DNA of 64,000 bases from an uncultured Clostridia bacterium (GTDB lineage: Bacteria; Bacillota; Clostridia; TANB77; CAG-508), in assembly GCA_944388695.1 (NCBI GenBank), contig CALXJT010000001.1:4570-68569 (forward strand), given 5' to 3'. The notes beneath the pieces are model-generated. The model made no database searches. It saw only the letters and a list, made by a program, of their open reading frames with translations, and was not told the origin of the DNA. Position 1 is the stretch's first letter. The number at the start of each line of letters is the position of its first letter. Made by a program: the position numbers and the translations under genes. Positions 39,783-50,230 of this stretch are shown here, piece by piece.

Positions 39783-39921
39783 TCTTATTTACCTCCAATT
39801 ATGTTAATAATTATATTATACATCTATTTTTCTCATTATTCAAGTATTAATGTATTCTAAAGATAATTGTAAGTTTAAATAGCATTCTTCCTCCTTAATA
39901 TTTATATAAATAAAATTTTTT

Positions 39922-42564
39922 TTAATTTGATTCGGTATTTTCAACTATATTTGTATTTGAATTTACATTACTATTATTTTGATTTGTATTTGAAGATGTA
40001 TTATCATTTGTGTTCGTATTTGTATTCGAATTTGTATTAGTGTTTGTATTGGTATTGCTATTATTACTTGATGAGTTACCTGATGATGAATTTGAATTAT
40101 TATTTGTATTATTTGTTTCATTTGTATTATTTGTGTTATTACTGATATTGTTACTATTGTTTATATTGTTTGAAGTATTTGAATTAGTGTTTTGATTTGC
40201 AGTATTTGACATATTGGTTTCATTTCTAGAATTTGTTTCTATATTATTATTTGTAGTATTTAACTCCATTTCATCTTCATCAGTATTTATATTATTATTT
40301 ATTGTTGAACTTGAGCTATCATTACTATATGTATTTGTACTATTTTTAATTTTACTTCCTTTGTGTGTAGTGCAAGTTTTTGGAACAGTACCTTTGATAA
40401 AGTATTCTTCATATGTGTTTGAACATCCAGTTGTTGCTTTTAATCCTGTATCTTTACATATTTTTGCTGTTACTATTTTATTTGGTTTTACAAATTTTTT
40501 ATTTTCTAAATTTGTATGAACAGATTTCATTACATTTGCCCATATTAATCCTGCAGGATTTTGTTTGTTAAAATAAATTGTTTCATTTTGATCATATCCA
40601 AACCATGTAGCAGCTGTATAATATGGTGTGAATCCACATAGCCATCTGTCATAATTTTCGTCTGTTGTTCCTGTTTTAGCAGCCACATCCATTCCTGATA
40701 TATTACAGTATGTTGCTGTTCCATTGCTACCTAAAACTGGTTGAGTTAATAATTCTTGTATAATATATGCCGTTTCTTCTGAAAATACTCTTTTGCTTTT
40801 AGGATTTGCTTTTAAAATTGTTTTTCCTGATTTATTTACTATTTCTGTATAGAATGTTGGCTCAATGTATACTCCGTTATTTGCTATTGTTGCATATCCA
40901 GCTGCCATTTCTAATGGACTTACTCCTTTATCTAATCCTCCAAGTGCTAAAGATAAATTGTTGTCTTTCCCTGTTAATGTTGAAATTCCCATTTTTTCTA
41001 GATATTTTATGGATGTTTTCGGTGTTAGTTCTTCCATTATTTCTACAAAAGGTATGTTTTGTGATGATTCTACAGCTCTTCTTACAGTAATTTCTCCAAG
41101 GTATCCATCGTAATTTTCTGGAGAATAGTTATCTTCAAAAGTTTTTTGTGTATCATCAAATATACTTGCAGCTGTTATTTGTTTTTTGTTAATCGCTGGA
41201 GCTAGTACTGCTAATGGCTTCATTGATGAACCTGTTTGCCTTGTTGATTGAATTGCTCTATTAAATCCTCTTGCATCTTCTTTTTCTCCTAATCCTCCAA
41301 CACAACTTACTACTCTTCCTGTTGATTGGTCTATTATGACCATTGCAGCTTGTGATGTAGTACTTCCATCTTGAGATTTTATTTGATATCTTGTTTTTTC
41401 CATTTCGGCTTCTGTTTTTTCTTGTATGCTTGAAATTTGCGTACTATGTATTGTTAGTCCAGAATGATATAAGTAATTTGTTGCAAATGTTTTTGTTATA
41501 TTTTTTTCTTCTGATATATCTTCGATTATTTCGTTTATTAGAGCATCTGTGTGATATGAGTATATTCCATCAGAACTTGAAACTTCACCTTTTTTAAATT
41601 TTAATCCGTTTTCTACTTCTGATATTGCACTTTCATATTCTTCTTGAGAAATATATTCTAATTCTAGCATTTTTGATAATACTGTTTTTGTTCTTTTTTC
41701 TATTTTTTCTGAATTATCATCTTCTAAAAATGGATTATATGAATTTGGCGAATTGTTTATTCCAGCTAAAAATGCACATTCTGCTAAACTTAAGTTTCCG
41801 ACATCTTTTGAAAAATAATATTCAGAACCTGCTTGAACTCCATATATGTTTGGACCTACATATATTACATTTAAGTACATTTCTAAAATTTCATCTTTTG
41901 AAAAGAATAGCTCTAATTCATATGCTTTAACCCATTCTTTTACTTTTCTGAAAATTGAGTCTGTATTATCTCCAGTAAGATTTTTTACTAATTGTTGTGT
42001 AATTGTACTTCCTCCATATGAAGAAGATCCAAAGTGAATGACATATGAAAATATTGCTGATGCTGTTCTTTTGATGTCTACACCATGATGTGAATAATAT
42101 CTTTCGTCTTCTATTCCAACATAGGCATTTTTTAAATTTTTTGGCATTTCTGAAAGTGATACTTTTTCTTTTTTTCTTTCGCTACCTATTTGAGCTATTG
42201 TATTTCCTTCTTGGTCTAGGACTACAGAGTATTCATTTGTGAACATGTCTTCCATAATATTTTTCCATTGATATGATTTTACTCCAAATAGGATTCCTAA
42301 AATTAGTATTACTAATATTATTATACCTATTAATATTTTTTTGACTTTTCTACTTATTTTAATTTTATGATTTTTTTGATTATTATTTTCAGAACTTCTT
42401 TTCGAATTTTTTAACCCTGAAATTTTATCTTTTAAAGTTGCTTTTTGATTATTCTGACTCTTTTCCTCTTCCCTACTCTCTTCTAAATTATTAATATTGT
42501 ATATTCTTGTTTTTTCAAATTCTTCTTTTTTATTCTGTTTAAATCTTTTTCCTTCTGTTCTCAT
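39922..42564 (-). CDS. Class A penicillin-binding protein (PBP1A-type transglycosylase/transpeptidase) with a 150-aa Asn/Ser/Thr-rich C-terminal tail.
   Basis: GT51 motifs (EDERYYSHHGVD, GGSTITQQLVKN, RKVKEW). Transpeptidase SxxK (STGSSMKP), SxN and KTGT. RBS GAAGGG is 8 nt before the ATG at 42564; the track ORF extends to 42585. Confidence 0.85.
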   Translation of the reverse strand: MRTEGKRFKQNKKEEFEKTRIYNINNLEESREEEKSQNNQKATLKDKISGLKNSKRSSENNNQKNHKIKISRKVKKILIGIIILVILILGILFGVKSYQWKNIMEDMFTNEYSVVLDQEGNTIAQIGSERKKEKVSLSEMPKNLKNAYVGIEDERYYSHHGVDIKRTASAIFSYVIHFGSSSYGGSTITQQLVKNLTGDNTDSIFRKVKEWVKAYELELFFSKDEILEMYLNVIYVGPNIYGVQAGSEYYFSKDVGNLSLAECAFLAGINNSPNSYNPFLEDDNSEKIEKRTKTVLSKMLELEYISQEEYESAISEVENGLKFKKGEVSSSDGIYSYHTDALINEIIEDISEEKNITKTFATNYLYHSGLTIHSTQISSIQEKTEAEMEKTRYQIKSQDGSTTSQAAMVIIDQSTGRVVSCVGGLGEKEDARGFNRAIQSTRQTGSSMKPLAVLAPAINKKQITAASIFDDTQKTFEDNYSPENYDGYLGEITVRRAVESSQNIPFVEIMEELTPKTSIKYLEKMGISTLTGKDNNLSLALGGLDKGVSPLEMAAGYATIANNGVYIEPTFYTEIVNKSGKTILKANPKSKRVFSEETAYIIQELLTQPVLGSNGTATYCNISGMDVAAKTGTTDENYDRWLCGFTPYYTAATWFGYDQNETIYFNKQNPAGLIWANVMKSVHTNLENKKFVKPNKIVTAKICKDTGLKATTGCSNTYEEYFIKGTVPKTCTTHKGSKIKNSTNTYSNDSSSSTINNNINTDEDEMELNTTNNNIETNSRNETNMSNTANQNTNSNTSNNINNSNNISNNTNNTNETNNTNNNSNSSSGNSSSNNSNTNTNTNTNSNTNTNTNDNTSSNTNQNNSNVNSNTNIVENTESN

Positions 42565-42734
42565 ATATTTTATCCCTTCTTTCATGCTATATATACTATA
42601 TATTAAATTATATTATTTATATATATGAAATGTTTTGTGTTTTTTAATGCCTATATTATATCACAATTAATTGACTTTTCCTATTTTCTTTTTTATATTT
42701 TTGATATATAATTATTTAGATGGGAGTGATAAAT

Positions 42735-43718
42735 ATGATAAATAGAGAAAATAATCCTGATTATTTAAATTCTTTTTTAGACTATAGTACGACTATTCTT
42801 AATAAATCACCAAATAGTATAAAAGAGTATAATTATGATATTTCAATGTTTTTAAAATATATAAAAATACATTATAATTTGACATCTGAAACGGATTTTT
42901 CTAAAATTACAATTAATGATATTCCTCTAGATGTAATAAAAAAGATAACATTAGATGATATACATGCCTTTTTAAGTTATTTAGCAATAGAATTAAAAAG
43001 TAAATCTACTACAAGAGCTAGAAAAGTTTCTACAATAAGAATATTTTTTAAATATTTAACATCAAAAGCTCACTTATTAGAAAAAAATCCAGCACAAGAT
43101 TTAGAGACTCCAAAACTTGATAGACGCCTTCCTAAATATCTTAATCTTGAAGAAAGTAAGAGATTACTTTCAGTTGCAGCAAGTGAGGATAATAGAAATA
43201 AAGAAAGAGATACTGCTATTTTAAAATTATTTTTAAATTGTGGCATGAGACTTTCAGAACTTGTTGGTATTGACATTAGAGATATTGATTTTAGTGAATG
43301 TAAATTAACTGTCATAGGAAAAGGAAATAAAGAGCGTACTTTATATCTTAATAAATCTTGTATAGATGCTATTAAAGATTATTTGGCTGTTCGACCTAGC
43401 CAAGGAGTGAAAGTTGATAAACTTCATTCTGATAGAGCTTTATTTTTGAGCGAAAGACGTGAAAGAATAAGTAAGAGAACTGTTCAGCATATAGTAGAGA
43501 AAGAATTACGAGCTGCTGGGTTAGATACTTCTAAATTTTCAACTCATAAGTTAAGACATACAGCTGCAACACTTATGTATCAATATGGAAATGTTGATAT
43601 TAGAGCTTTACAAGTATTGCTTGGGCATGAGAGTATATCAACAACAGAAATTTATACACATGTTAATAATGAACAAGTAAGAGATGCTATTGAAAAGAAT
43701 CCGTTAAAAGATTTTTAA
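42735..43718 (+). CDS. Tyrosine recombinase, XerC/XerD family.
   Basis: Catalytic R...HxxR...Y residues (GMRLSELVGI, HKLRHTAATLMY, LLGHESISTTEIYTHV). GGGAG before ATG 42735. Confidence 0.8.
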   Translation: MINRENNPDYLNSFLDYSTTILNKSPNSIKEYNYDISMFLKYIKIHYNLTSETDFSKITINDIPLDVIKKITLDDIHAFLSYLAIELKSKSTTRARKVSTIRIFFKYLTSKAHLLEKNPAQDLETPKLDRRLPKYLNLEESKRLLSVAASEDNRNKERDTAILKLFLNCGMRLSELVGIDIRDIDFSECKLTVIGKGNKERTLYLNKSCIDAIKDYLAVRPSQGVKVDKLHSDRALFLSERRERISKRTVQHIVEKELRAAGLDTSKFSTHKLRHTAATLMYQYGNVDIRALQVLLGHESISTTEIYTHVNNEQVRDAIEKNPLKDF

Positions 43719-43982
43719 GTTTTAATAAGAAATTAAAAATAAAGAATGAGAAAATAAAGAAAAGTAATAATGTAGATTATAGTATATCTAGTATTTTTAT
43801 ATTTAGTACTTTAATATCTAATACTTTACTATTTATTTTAATATTTGTTTTAATATTTGCTATTTATTTGATATACTTATTTATTATTATTACTTTTCCT
43901 TTTATTATTTCTTTTGTAATTTTATTTAATAACTTATATACTTTTATAAATATATATTATTTAATAATTTTGATTTTTTAAT

Positions 43983-45008
43983 CTAATTTTGACTCTCGCC
44001 TCTTATTTCTTCTTCTACTTCGCTACTATTCTTATTATTTTTATCATGAACTTTCATATAATATGGTTGTATGTCTAAAAAACTATCCATATATACAATA
44101 TTTCCTTGAGTATCTTTTACTTTTAAGTTTGGAAATGTTTTTATCATTTTTTTATCTCCCCAGAATTTATATATGAAATCTGATAATTTTTCATTTCCAT
44201 ATATTTTATTATATTGTTCGACAACAGCTTCTTTGTTATTTACATCTATATCATTCTTTACAATCATTCTAACCAAGAAATATTCAATTGCAAAACCTGT
44301 TGCTATACAATCTAATAGAAGTAGGACTGTTACTGTTATTATAAATGCTTTTAGTGAACGATAAGTTTTAAATTTGTTTTTTACCCAGTTTATTAATCTG
44401 TCTACTTTTGGGTTTAGTGATGCTATTAAATATATTCCTAAAAATCCCCAGAATACTGAAAAATACACACAGATTCTTCCATTTATATTAAGAGGCATTC
44501 CTGAATAGTCCCACCATTTTACACCAAGAATCATCTCTCCAAATAGGCTGACTAGATATTCTGTTATTGAACCTATAATGAATCCACCTATAAATAGTGC
44601 GTTATATTTCTTTTGATATTTGTGTAAAAATAGTATCATAATAACAGCACCTAGACCATATATCCCACAGAAAGGTCCATATAGGAAGCTTTGCCTACTT
44701 TCCCATACTCCTTTTGTTATTATTCCATAGATTGTTTCTATTATATAACCTGCTACACTATATATTATAAAGTATGCTAGTATTCTCCATATACTTATTC
44801 CTATTATAGTAAATGATTTTTTTCTACTTTTATTTGTCTCAACTTTATCATTGTTCTCATTTTCTGAACTAGCTATATCATTATTATTATCTTTGTTTTT
44901 ATAATCTTTTTTATTGATATTTTCGTTCTTGTTAGATTCTATACTATTTTTATTTTCGTTTGCATTTTCTTTAATATCTAAATTTTCTTTTTTCATTTTA
45001 TACCTCAT
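43983..45008 (-). CDS. DUF1113 (putative ABC-transporter type IV-like) membrane protein with a low-complexity N-terminal extension.
   Basis: Core AGYIIETIYG...LYGPFCGIYGLGAVIM...WWDYSGMPLNINGRICVYFSVFWG is paralogous to 48468-49022. Confidence 0.65.
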   Translation of the reverse strand: MRYKMKKENLDIKENANENKNSIESNKNENINKKDYKNKDNNNDIASSENENNDKVETNKSRKKSFTIIGISIWRILAYFIIYSVAGYIIETIYGIITKGVWESRQSFLYGPFCGIYGLGAVIMILFLHKYQKKYNALFIGGFIIGSITEYLVSLFGEMILGVKWWDYSGMPLNINGRICVYFSVFWGFLGIYLIASLNPKVDRLINWVKNKFKTYRSLKAFIITVTVLLLLDCIATGFAIEYFLVRMIVKNDIDVNNKEAVVEQYNKIYGNEKLSDFIYKFWGDKKMIKTFPNLKVKDTQGNIVYMDSFLDIQPYYMKVHDKNNKNSSEVEEEIRGESQN

Positions 45009-46808
45009 CTAAATTTTATTTGTTTTGATATCCTTTAATATATTTTCTAATTCTGTGATTTTTTGATTATAAAAATCTGCAGTAATTTCATATGTTTTGA
45101 TGTTTTCTAAATCTACATCTACCATTTTTAGAAGTTCGGTAGATTTTTTAGTACATCCTTGACTTAACATTTTTATATATTTATCTACGAAGCCTTCTTC
45201 TTTATTTAGAATTTTTGTTGCTATACATATTGCTGCTGAAATTCCCGTAGCATATTTATATACATAAAAATCTGAATAAAAATGTGGTATTCTTGCCCAT
45301 TCGTATTGAATTTCTTTATCTATTGTTATGTCATTTCCAAAGTATTTTACATTTAAATCATAATATATATTATTTAGGTTTTCAGCTGATAGCATTTCAC
45401 CTTTTTCTATTTTTTCATGTATTATTTTTTCAAATTCTGCAAACATTGACTGACGATAGAATGTCGCACGAATCATTTCTAGTAGTTCATATATTAATTC
45501 TGCTTTTTTTAGTTTATTTGATTCATTCTCTATTTGATAAACACTTAATAAAATTTCATTTACAGTTGATGCTACTTCCGCTACTAGTATCGTATAGTCT
45601 GAATTTATTATATTTTGGTTCTTATTTGAATAATAAGAATGAATGCTATGTCCTAATTCATGTGCGATTGTACTTACATCTCTTTTACTATTGTTAAAAC
45701 TCATTAATACAAATGGATGAACACCATATACTCCAGAACTATATGCTCCACCTCTTTTATTTGGTCTTTCATATACATCTATCCATCTATTATTAAATGC
45801 TGTGTTTAATATATCTATATATTCATCACCTAGTACTTTTAATGCATCTAAAACTTCTTTTTTTGCTTCTTCAAAATTTATTTCATCTTTTTCCGCTTCA
45901 AATGGATTAACATATAAATCATACATATGATAATTGTCTTTCTTTAGTAAATCTTTTTTTAGTGATATAAATTTATGATTGATATTTAATGTTTTTTCTA
46001 CTCCTGCCATTAAACTGTTATATACCGCTATTGTTGAATCATCATTTTTTACTGCTCGTTCTAATGATGATTGATAATTTTTTAACTTTGAAATTATAGA
46101 TGTCTTTTTTACATTTGCTAAATACATTTCTGTTATTGTGTTTATATATTCTTTATATTTATTATACATTAAATCAAATGCTTGTTTTCTTACTTTTTCG
46201 TCTTGACTTTTTAGATATCTTGTATATGTTGCATCTGTTAATTGAACTTCTTTGCCTTCCTCATCAATTAATGTTCCGAATTTGAATTCAGCATTTGTTA
46301 GTATATCAAATATATTTTCTGGTGCAGAGAATATCTCTGAAAAATTTGCTAGTAATTCTTCTTTTTCTTGACTTAATATATGAGCTTTCTTTTCTAATAT
46401 ATATTTTATGTCACATGAATATCTATCAAATTTATTGTCACTTAAATATTCTTCAATCTTTTTTTCGTCTGCATATATAATTTCAGGCATCATAAATGAT
46501 GTTGATGTATTAAATATCGTTGATAATGATTCTACTTCTTTGAATTTTTTTATTCCTTCTTGGTTTGCCATGTCTAAATGATATATAAACATTCCATATG
46601 AATATATTTTTTCAAAATTTTCTAGTGCTTTTTCATAATGTTGATAGCAATTGTATAAATTATCTTTTGTGTCACATAGTATTCCCTTAAATTTTTCTAT
46701 TTCTTTTAGTTCTTCTTTTAATTCTGCGATTTTATTATAAAATTCTTCATCATTTTTGAAGATATCAGTTAAATTCCAGGTGTATTTTTCTTCTATAGTT
46801 TTATTCAT
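45009..46808 (-). CDS. pepF: Oligoendopeptidase F (M3B metallopeptidase).
   Basis: HEXXH zinc motif IAHELGHSIHSYYS and M3B-like length and layout. Confidence 0.85.
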   Translation of the reverse strand: MNKTIEEKYTWNLTDIFKNDEEFYNKIAELKEELKEIEKFKGILCDTKDNLYNCYQHYEKALENFEKIYSYGMFIYHLDMANQEGIKKFKEVESLSTIFNTSTSFMMPEIIYADEKKIEEYLSDNKFDRYSCDIKYILEKKAHILSQEKEELLANFSEIFSAPENIFDILTNAEFKFGTLIDEEGKEVQLTDATYTRYLKSQDEKVRKQAFDLMYNKYKEYINTITEMYLANVKKTSIISKLKNYQSSLERAVKNDDSTIAVYNSLMAGVEKTLNINHKFISLKKDLLKKDNYHMYDLYVNPFEAEKDEINFEEAKKEVLDALKVLGDEYIDILNTAFNNRWIDVYERPNKRGGAYSSGVYGVHPFVLMSFNNSKRDVSTIAHELGHSIHSYYSNKNQNIINSDYTILVAEVASTVNEILLSVYQIENESNKLKKAELIYELLEMIRATFYRQSMFAEFEKIIHEKIEKGEMLSAENLNNIYYDLNVKYFGNDITIDKEIQYEWARIPHFYSDFYVYKYATGISAAICIATKILNKEEGFVDKYIKMLSQGCTKKSTELLKMVDVDLENIKTYEITADFYNQKITELENILKDIKTNKI

Positions 46809-46941
46809 TTTTCCCTCCTTATAATCTTATGTTTTCCAAAAAGACTTTATATACTCTTGCTTGGCATTGTATCATAATTAAATATTTTATACAAGTAATT
46901 TTTTTAACTTACTTTTATGATGTTAATTTTTTATAGATTAA

Positions 46942-47250
46942 TTATTTGTATATAGGAATTTTCAATTCAGTTCCTTCTGATATTATATTAGTATCTAAAT
47001 TATTTATCTTTTTTAATTCGAAAACAACTTTTCTTATATCTTCATTACTATAGTAATTATTATTGTTAATTTCATTTTCTGCTATAGACCATAAAGTATC
47101 TCCCTTCGATGTAAATATTGTTTTATAACTAACTTTTACATTAGAATATGAATTGTTTGAAAAAATACATATTACAATTAATAATGTAAAAATAATTATT
47201 ATAAGTGTTTTTTTATTAATATTTTTTAATGATTTTTGTTTTTTCTTCAT
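46942..47250 (-). CDS. Small LysM-domain membrane protein (YneA-like architecture).
   Basis: N-terminal TM (LIIIIFTLLIVICIF) followed by a LysM domain (YKTIFTSKGDTLWSIAEN...LKIP). Confidence 0.65.
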   Translation of the reverse strand: MKKKQKSLKNINKKTLIIIIFTLLIVICIFSNNSYSNVKVSYKTIFTSKGDTLWSIAENEINNNNYYSNEDIRKVVFELKKINNLDTNIISEGTELKIPIYK

Positions 47251-47529
47251 AACATGTCCCTCCTAATCGATATATATTTAAATGATATTTGCATTATAAC
47301 CGAACATTTATTCTTTGTCAATACGTTTTACAAAAATATGTTTGTTTTTTGTTTGGTTAGTTTAATCTACTTATTAATGTGTTTTCAGGACTTAATATTA
47401 ATGATTAAGAAAAAATATTAATTACATCAATATCTTTCGATTTGTTAAGATAATTTTTTAGTTTTATAATACTTTTTTCGACATTTTTCATATAATAATA
47501 TATAAACGCTTTTAGAAAGGAGAAATTTT

Positions 47530-48108
47530 ATGGATTTTTCTGGAATAAAAATTGGTTTTGTTTTAACAGGATCTTTTTGTACATTTAAAAAAGTATTACC
47601 GAAAATGAAAGAATTGGTTTCTTTAGATGCAGACATATTACCTATTATGTCTGATAATGCATATAAACTTGATACGAAATTTGGAAAAGCAATAGATTTT
47701 ATAGATGAGATTGAAGAGATAACATCTAAAAAGATTATACATTCAATACAAGATGCTGAACCTATTGGACCTAAAAGATTGACTGATATAATGATTATTG
47801 CACCTTGCTCTGGAAATACAATGGCAAAGTTGGCATGTGATATTATAGATACACCTGCTATGATGGCTGCAAAATCTCATTTAAGAAATGGCTTACCTCT
47901 AGTTATTGCACCTTCTACTAATAATGGTTTAAGTGGGAATGCTGAAAATATTGGAAAGTTATTAAATAGGAGAAATTATTATTTTGTACCTTTTAGACAG
48001 GATAATCCTATTACTAAACCTCGCTCTATTGTTTTCGATTCAGAATATATAATTCCTACAATAGAATTAGCTTTGCAAAATAAACAAATAAGCCCTATAC
48101 TTTTATAG
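47530..48108 (+). CDS. Dipicolinate synthase subunit B-like flavoprotein (SpoVFB/DpaB family).
   Basis: IGFVLTGSFCTF...MIIAPCSGNTMAKLACDIIDTPAMMAAKSHLRNGLPLVIAPSTNNG matches the DpaB / flavoprotein decarboxylase-like family. Confidence 0.6.
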   Translation: MDFSGIKIGFVLTGSFCTFKKVLPKMKELVSLDADILPIMSDNAYKLDTKFGKAIDFIDEIEEITSKKIIHSIQDAEPIGPKRLTDIMIIAPCSGNTMAKLACDIIDTPAMMAAKSHLRNGLPLVIAPSTNNGLSGNAENIGKLLNRRNYYFVPFRQDNPITKPRSIVFDSEYIIPTIELALQNKQISPILL

Positions 48109-48235
48109 GACTTATTTGAACGCATTTTTATCGGTCTATTTTATTTGAATATATTTCATCCATAACATTATCTGGGTAATATTTATCAAAGAATAGCTCT
48201 ATATTGTCAGATGCTACAATATCATTTCTTCTTCT

Positions 48236-48330
48236 TTCTTCTATTATATATATTAACTTTTATATAGTTAACTTCTATATATTAACCTTTATATATTAAC
48301 CTTTACACATTAACCTTTATACATTAATAT
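48236..48330. repeat. Tandem degenerate 13-14-bp repeats TATAT(T/A)AACCTTTA.
   Basis: Reads ...TATATTAACCTTTATATATTAACCTTTACACATTAACCTTTATACATTAATATTTTTG... Confidence 0.6.
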
Positions 48331-48467
48331 TTTTGCATTAAATTTTATTCTCATTATATGTTTACTTCTATGCATTAACTTTTTCTTATTATATTATTTA
48401 TTATTACTCATTAACTTTTTCGCATTATACATAAATTACGAGATTAGTTAATATGTATTTTAAATGT

Positions 48468-49022
48468 CTAATTATAATATTTAATACTAGAAAATACAGT
48501 ATCTACAATAATAACTATTAACAAAATTGTAATTATTATTGCTTGCGCTCTATTTGCGGATTTTGAATTTATTTTTTGAATTAAGTCTTGAATAAATGGG
48601 TGTAATTTTTCTAGTAAAAATAATCCTATTATTCCCCAAAAAATTGAATATACTAAACTAACTCTTCCTTGAATATTCAAGAAATCATTAGAATAATCCC
48701 ACCATCTTAATCCAAATAGCATTTCTAGTACAAATGAAACTATGTATTCAAAAACTGTAAAAGCTATTGTAGCTATTAAAAATTTAGTAAATGGCTTTTT
48801 ATATATTTTTTGTGTAGACATTATTAATAATACTGCTCCAAACCCATAGATAGGACAAATAGGCCCATATAAAAAACCTCTTTTTACGAAATAGCCATTT
48901 ATTATAATAGCATAAATGGTTTCTATCACCCATCCTAAAAATGAATATATAAAAAAATAGGAGATATAGTCTATTATTTTATCTTTTGTAGTCTTTTTTA
49001 GAACCATTCCTGTTTCTTCCAT
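48468..49022 (-). CDS. DUF1113 membrane protein, paralog of 43983-45008.
   Basis: LGWVIETIYA...LYGPICPIYGFGAVLL...RWWDYSNDFLNIQGRVSLVYSIFWG. Confidence 0.65.
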   Translation of the reverse strand: MEETGMVLKKTTKDKIIDYISYFFIYSFLGWVIETIYAIIINGYFVKRGFLYGPICPIYGFGAVLLIMSTQKIYKKPFTKFLIATIAFTVFEYIVSFVLEMLFGLRWWDYSNDFLNIQGRVSLVYSIFWGIIGLFLLEKLHPFIQDLIQKINSKSANRAQAIIITILLIVIIVDTVFSSIKYYN

Positions 49023-49081
49023 TTTTTACAAACCCTTTCATTTTTGATTATTGATAATTATTTTTTAATTTTTCTTTATTA

Positions 49082-49813
49082 TTACATCATATCATCTTTA
49101 ATACTTTTTATAGTATCTTCTGTTAATTTACTTTTATCAAATTTATTAAATATAAATACAAATATTCCTACGATAATAAATGTTATTAAATAAATTAATA
49201 TGCTCTTTTTCCAGTCTCCACTTGCTAGATTTGCACCAGCTAATGTTGATGAAATTACTGAAGGCAATCTTGCAAATGTTGATATTAGTATAAATCTTAA
49301 TGGATTTATTGGTAATAATCCTGCTATATATACAAGTAAATCTTTTGGCGTTCCTGGTATTGCAAATAAAATAATCATAATTGATTCTATTTTTTTAGAA
49401 TTTTTGAATAACTTACTATTTACTATTTTCTTTACTTTTGCCTCATCACAAAAATCATATACAAATTTTCTTCCTAGTTTTCTTACTGCAAATACTACTA
49501 TTGATGAAATTATAAATGAAGATATTGTAATAAATATTGTCCCCCATATTCCTCCATAGCACATTCCTGCTAATATCTCTATAGGCTCACCTGGTAATAT
49601 AAATAGAAAGATTTGAGCAAATTGTAATCCAAATAACATCAGTAATCCTAAAAAACCAGAGTTATTAACACGTTCTTTAAATTTTAATTGTCCCGCTTCT
49701 GTAGATAGATTTTTCATTACTGGTATTAAATAAATTGTTACCCCTATTAATATAAATATTACTATAATCATAAGAATAATTTTAAATATTTTTATTTTTG
49801 TTTTTCTACTCAT
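49082..49813 (-). CDS. TVP38/TMEM64 (DedA-related) family membrane protein.
   Basis: FILPGEPIEILAGMCYG motif and multi-TM profile. Confidence 0.65.
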   Translation of the reverse strand: MSRKTKIKIFKIILMIIVIFILIGVTIYLIPVMKNLSTEAGQLKFKERVNNSGFLGLLMLFGLQFAQIFLFILPGEPIEILAGMCYGGIWGTIFITISSFIISSIVVFAVRKLGRKFVYDFCDEAKVKKIVNSKLFKNSKKIESIMIILFAIPGTPKDLLVYIAGLLPINPLRFILISTFARLPSVISSTLAGANLASGDWKKSILIYLITFIIVGIFVFIFNKFDKSKLTEDTIKSIKDDMM

Positions 49814-49996
49814 ACTGTTCCTTTCTATAGTATACAGAAATAATCATAACAATATTATAGCATATTATTTTACTTTTGTGTATATTTTTGTAAAATTTTC
49901 TGTAAACCTTTTGTAAATAATTTCTAATTCTTTATTTTTTTATTTTATCAGTATTTTATTAATGCTTTTTTTATAAAAAATTAAAATTTTATTAAT

Positions 49997-50165
49997 TTAT
50001 GTTTCTATATATTTTACAACTTTACACGGATTACCATAAGCAATGGCATTATCAGGAATATCTTTTGTTACTACACTTCCTGCACCAATTACTGTATTAT
50101 TTCCTATTTTTACTCCTGGTAATATTGTAACATGTCCTCCTATCCATAATTTTCTTCTATCATTT
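49997..50165 (-). pseudogene. C-terminal fragment of a hexapeptide-repeat (maltose/galactoside O-acetyltransferase-like) gene.
   Basis: Minus-strand translation [53 protein letters not shown] then stop. No N-terminal half is present. Confidence 0.5.
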
Positions 50166-50230
50166 CACTCTAAACTAAAGATTCAGCATTATTATTAAGC
50201 AATTTATTCTTTACTAAATATTTTACTTTC

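Noticed and set aside
47530-48108. Considered calling this spoVFB with a partner spoVFA.
   Set aside because: No dpaA / spoVFA-like gene is adjacent. It is kept as a DpaB-like flavoprotein without a gene symbol.
48236-48330. Possible CRISPR array.
   Set aside because: Repeat units are only 13-14 bp and directly abutting with no spacers. No cas genes are present anywhere in the window.
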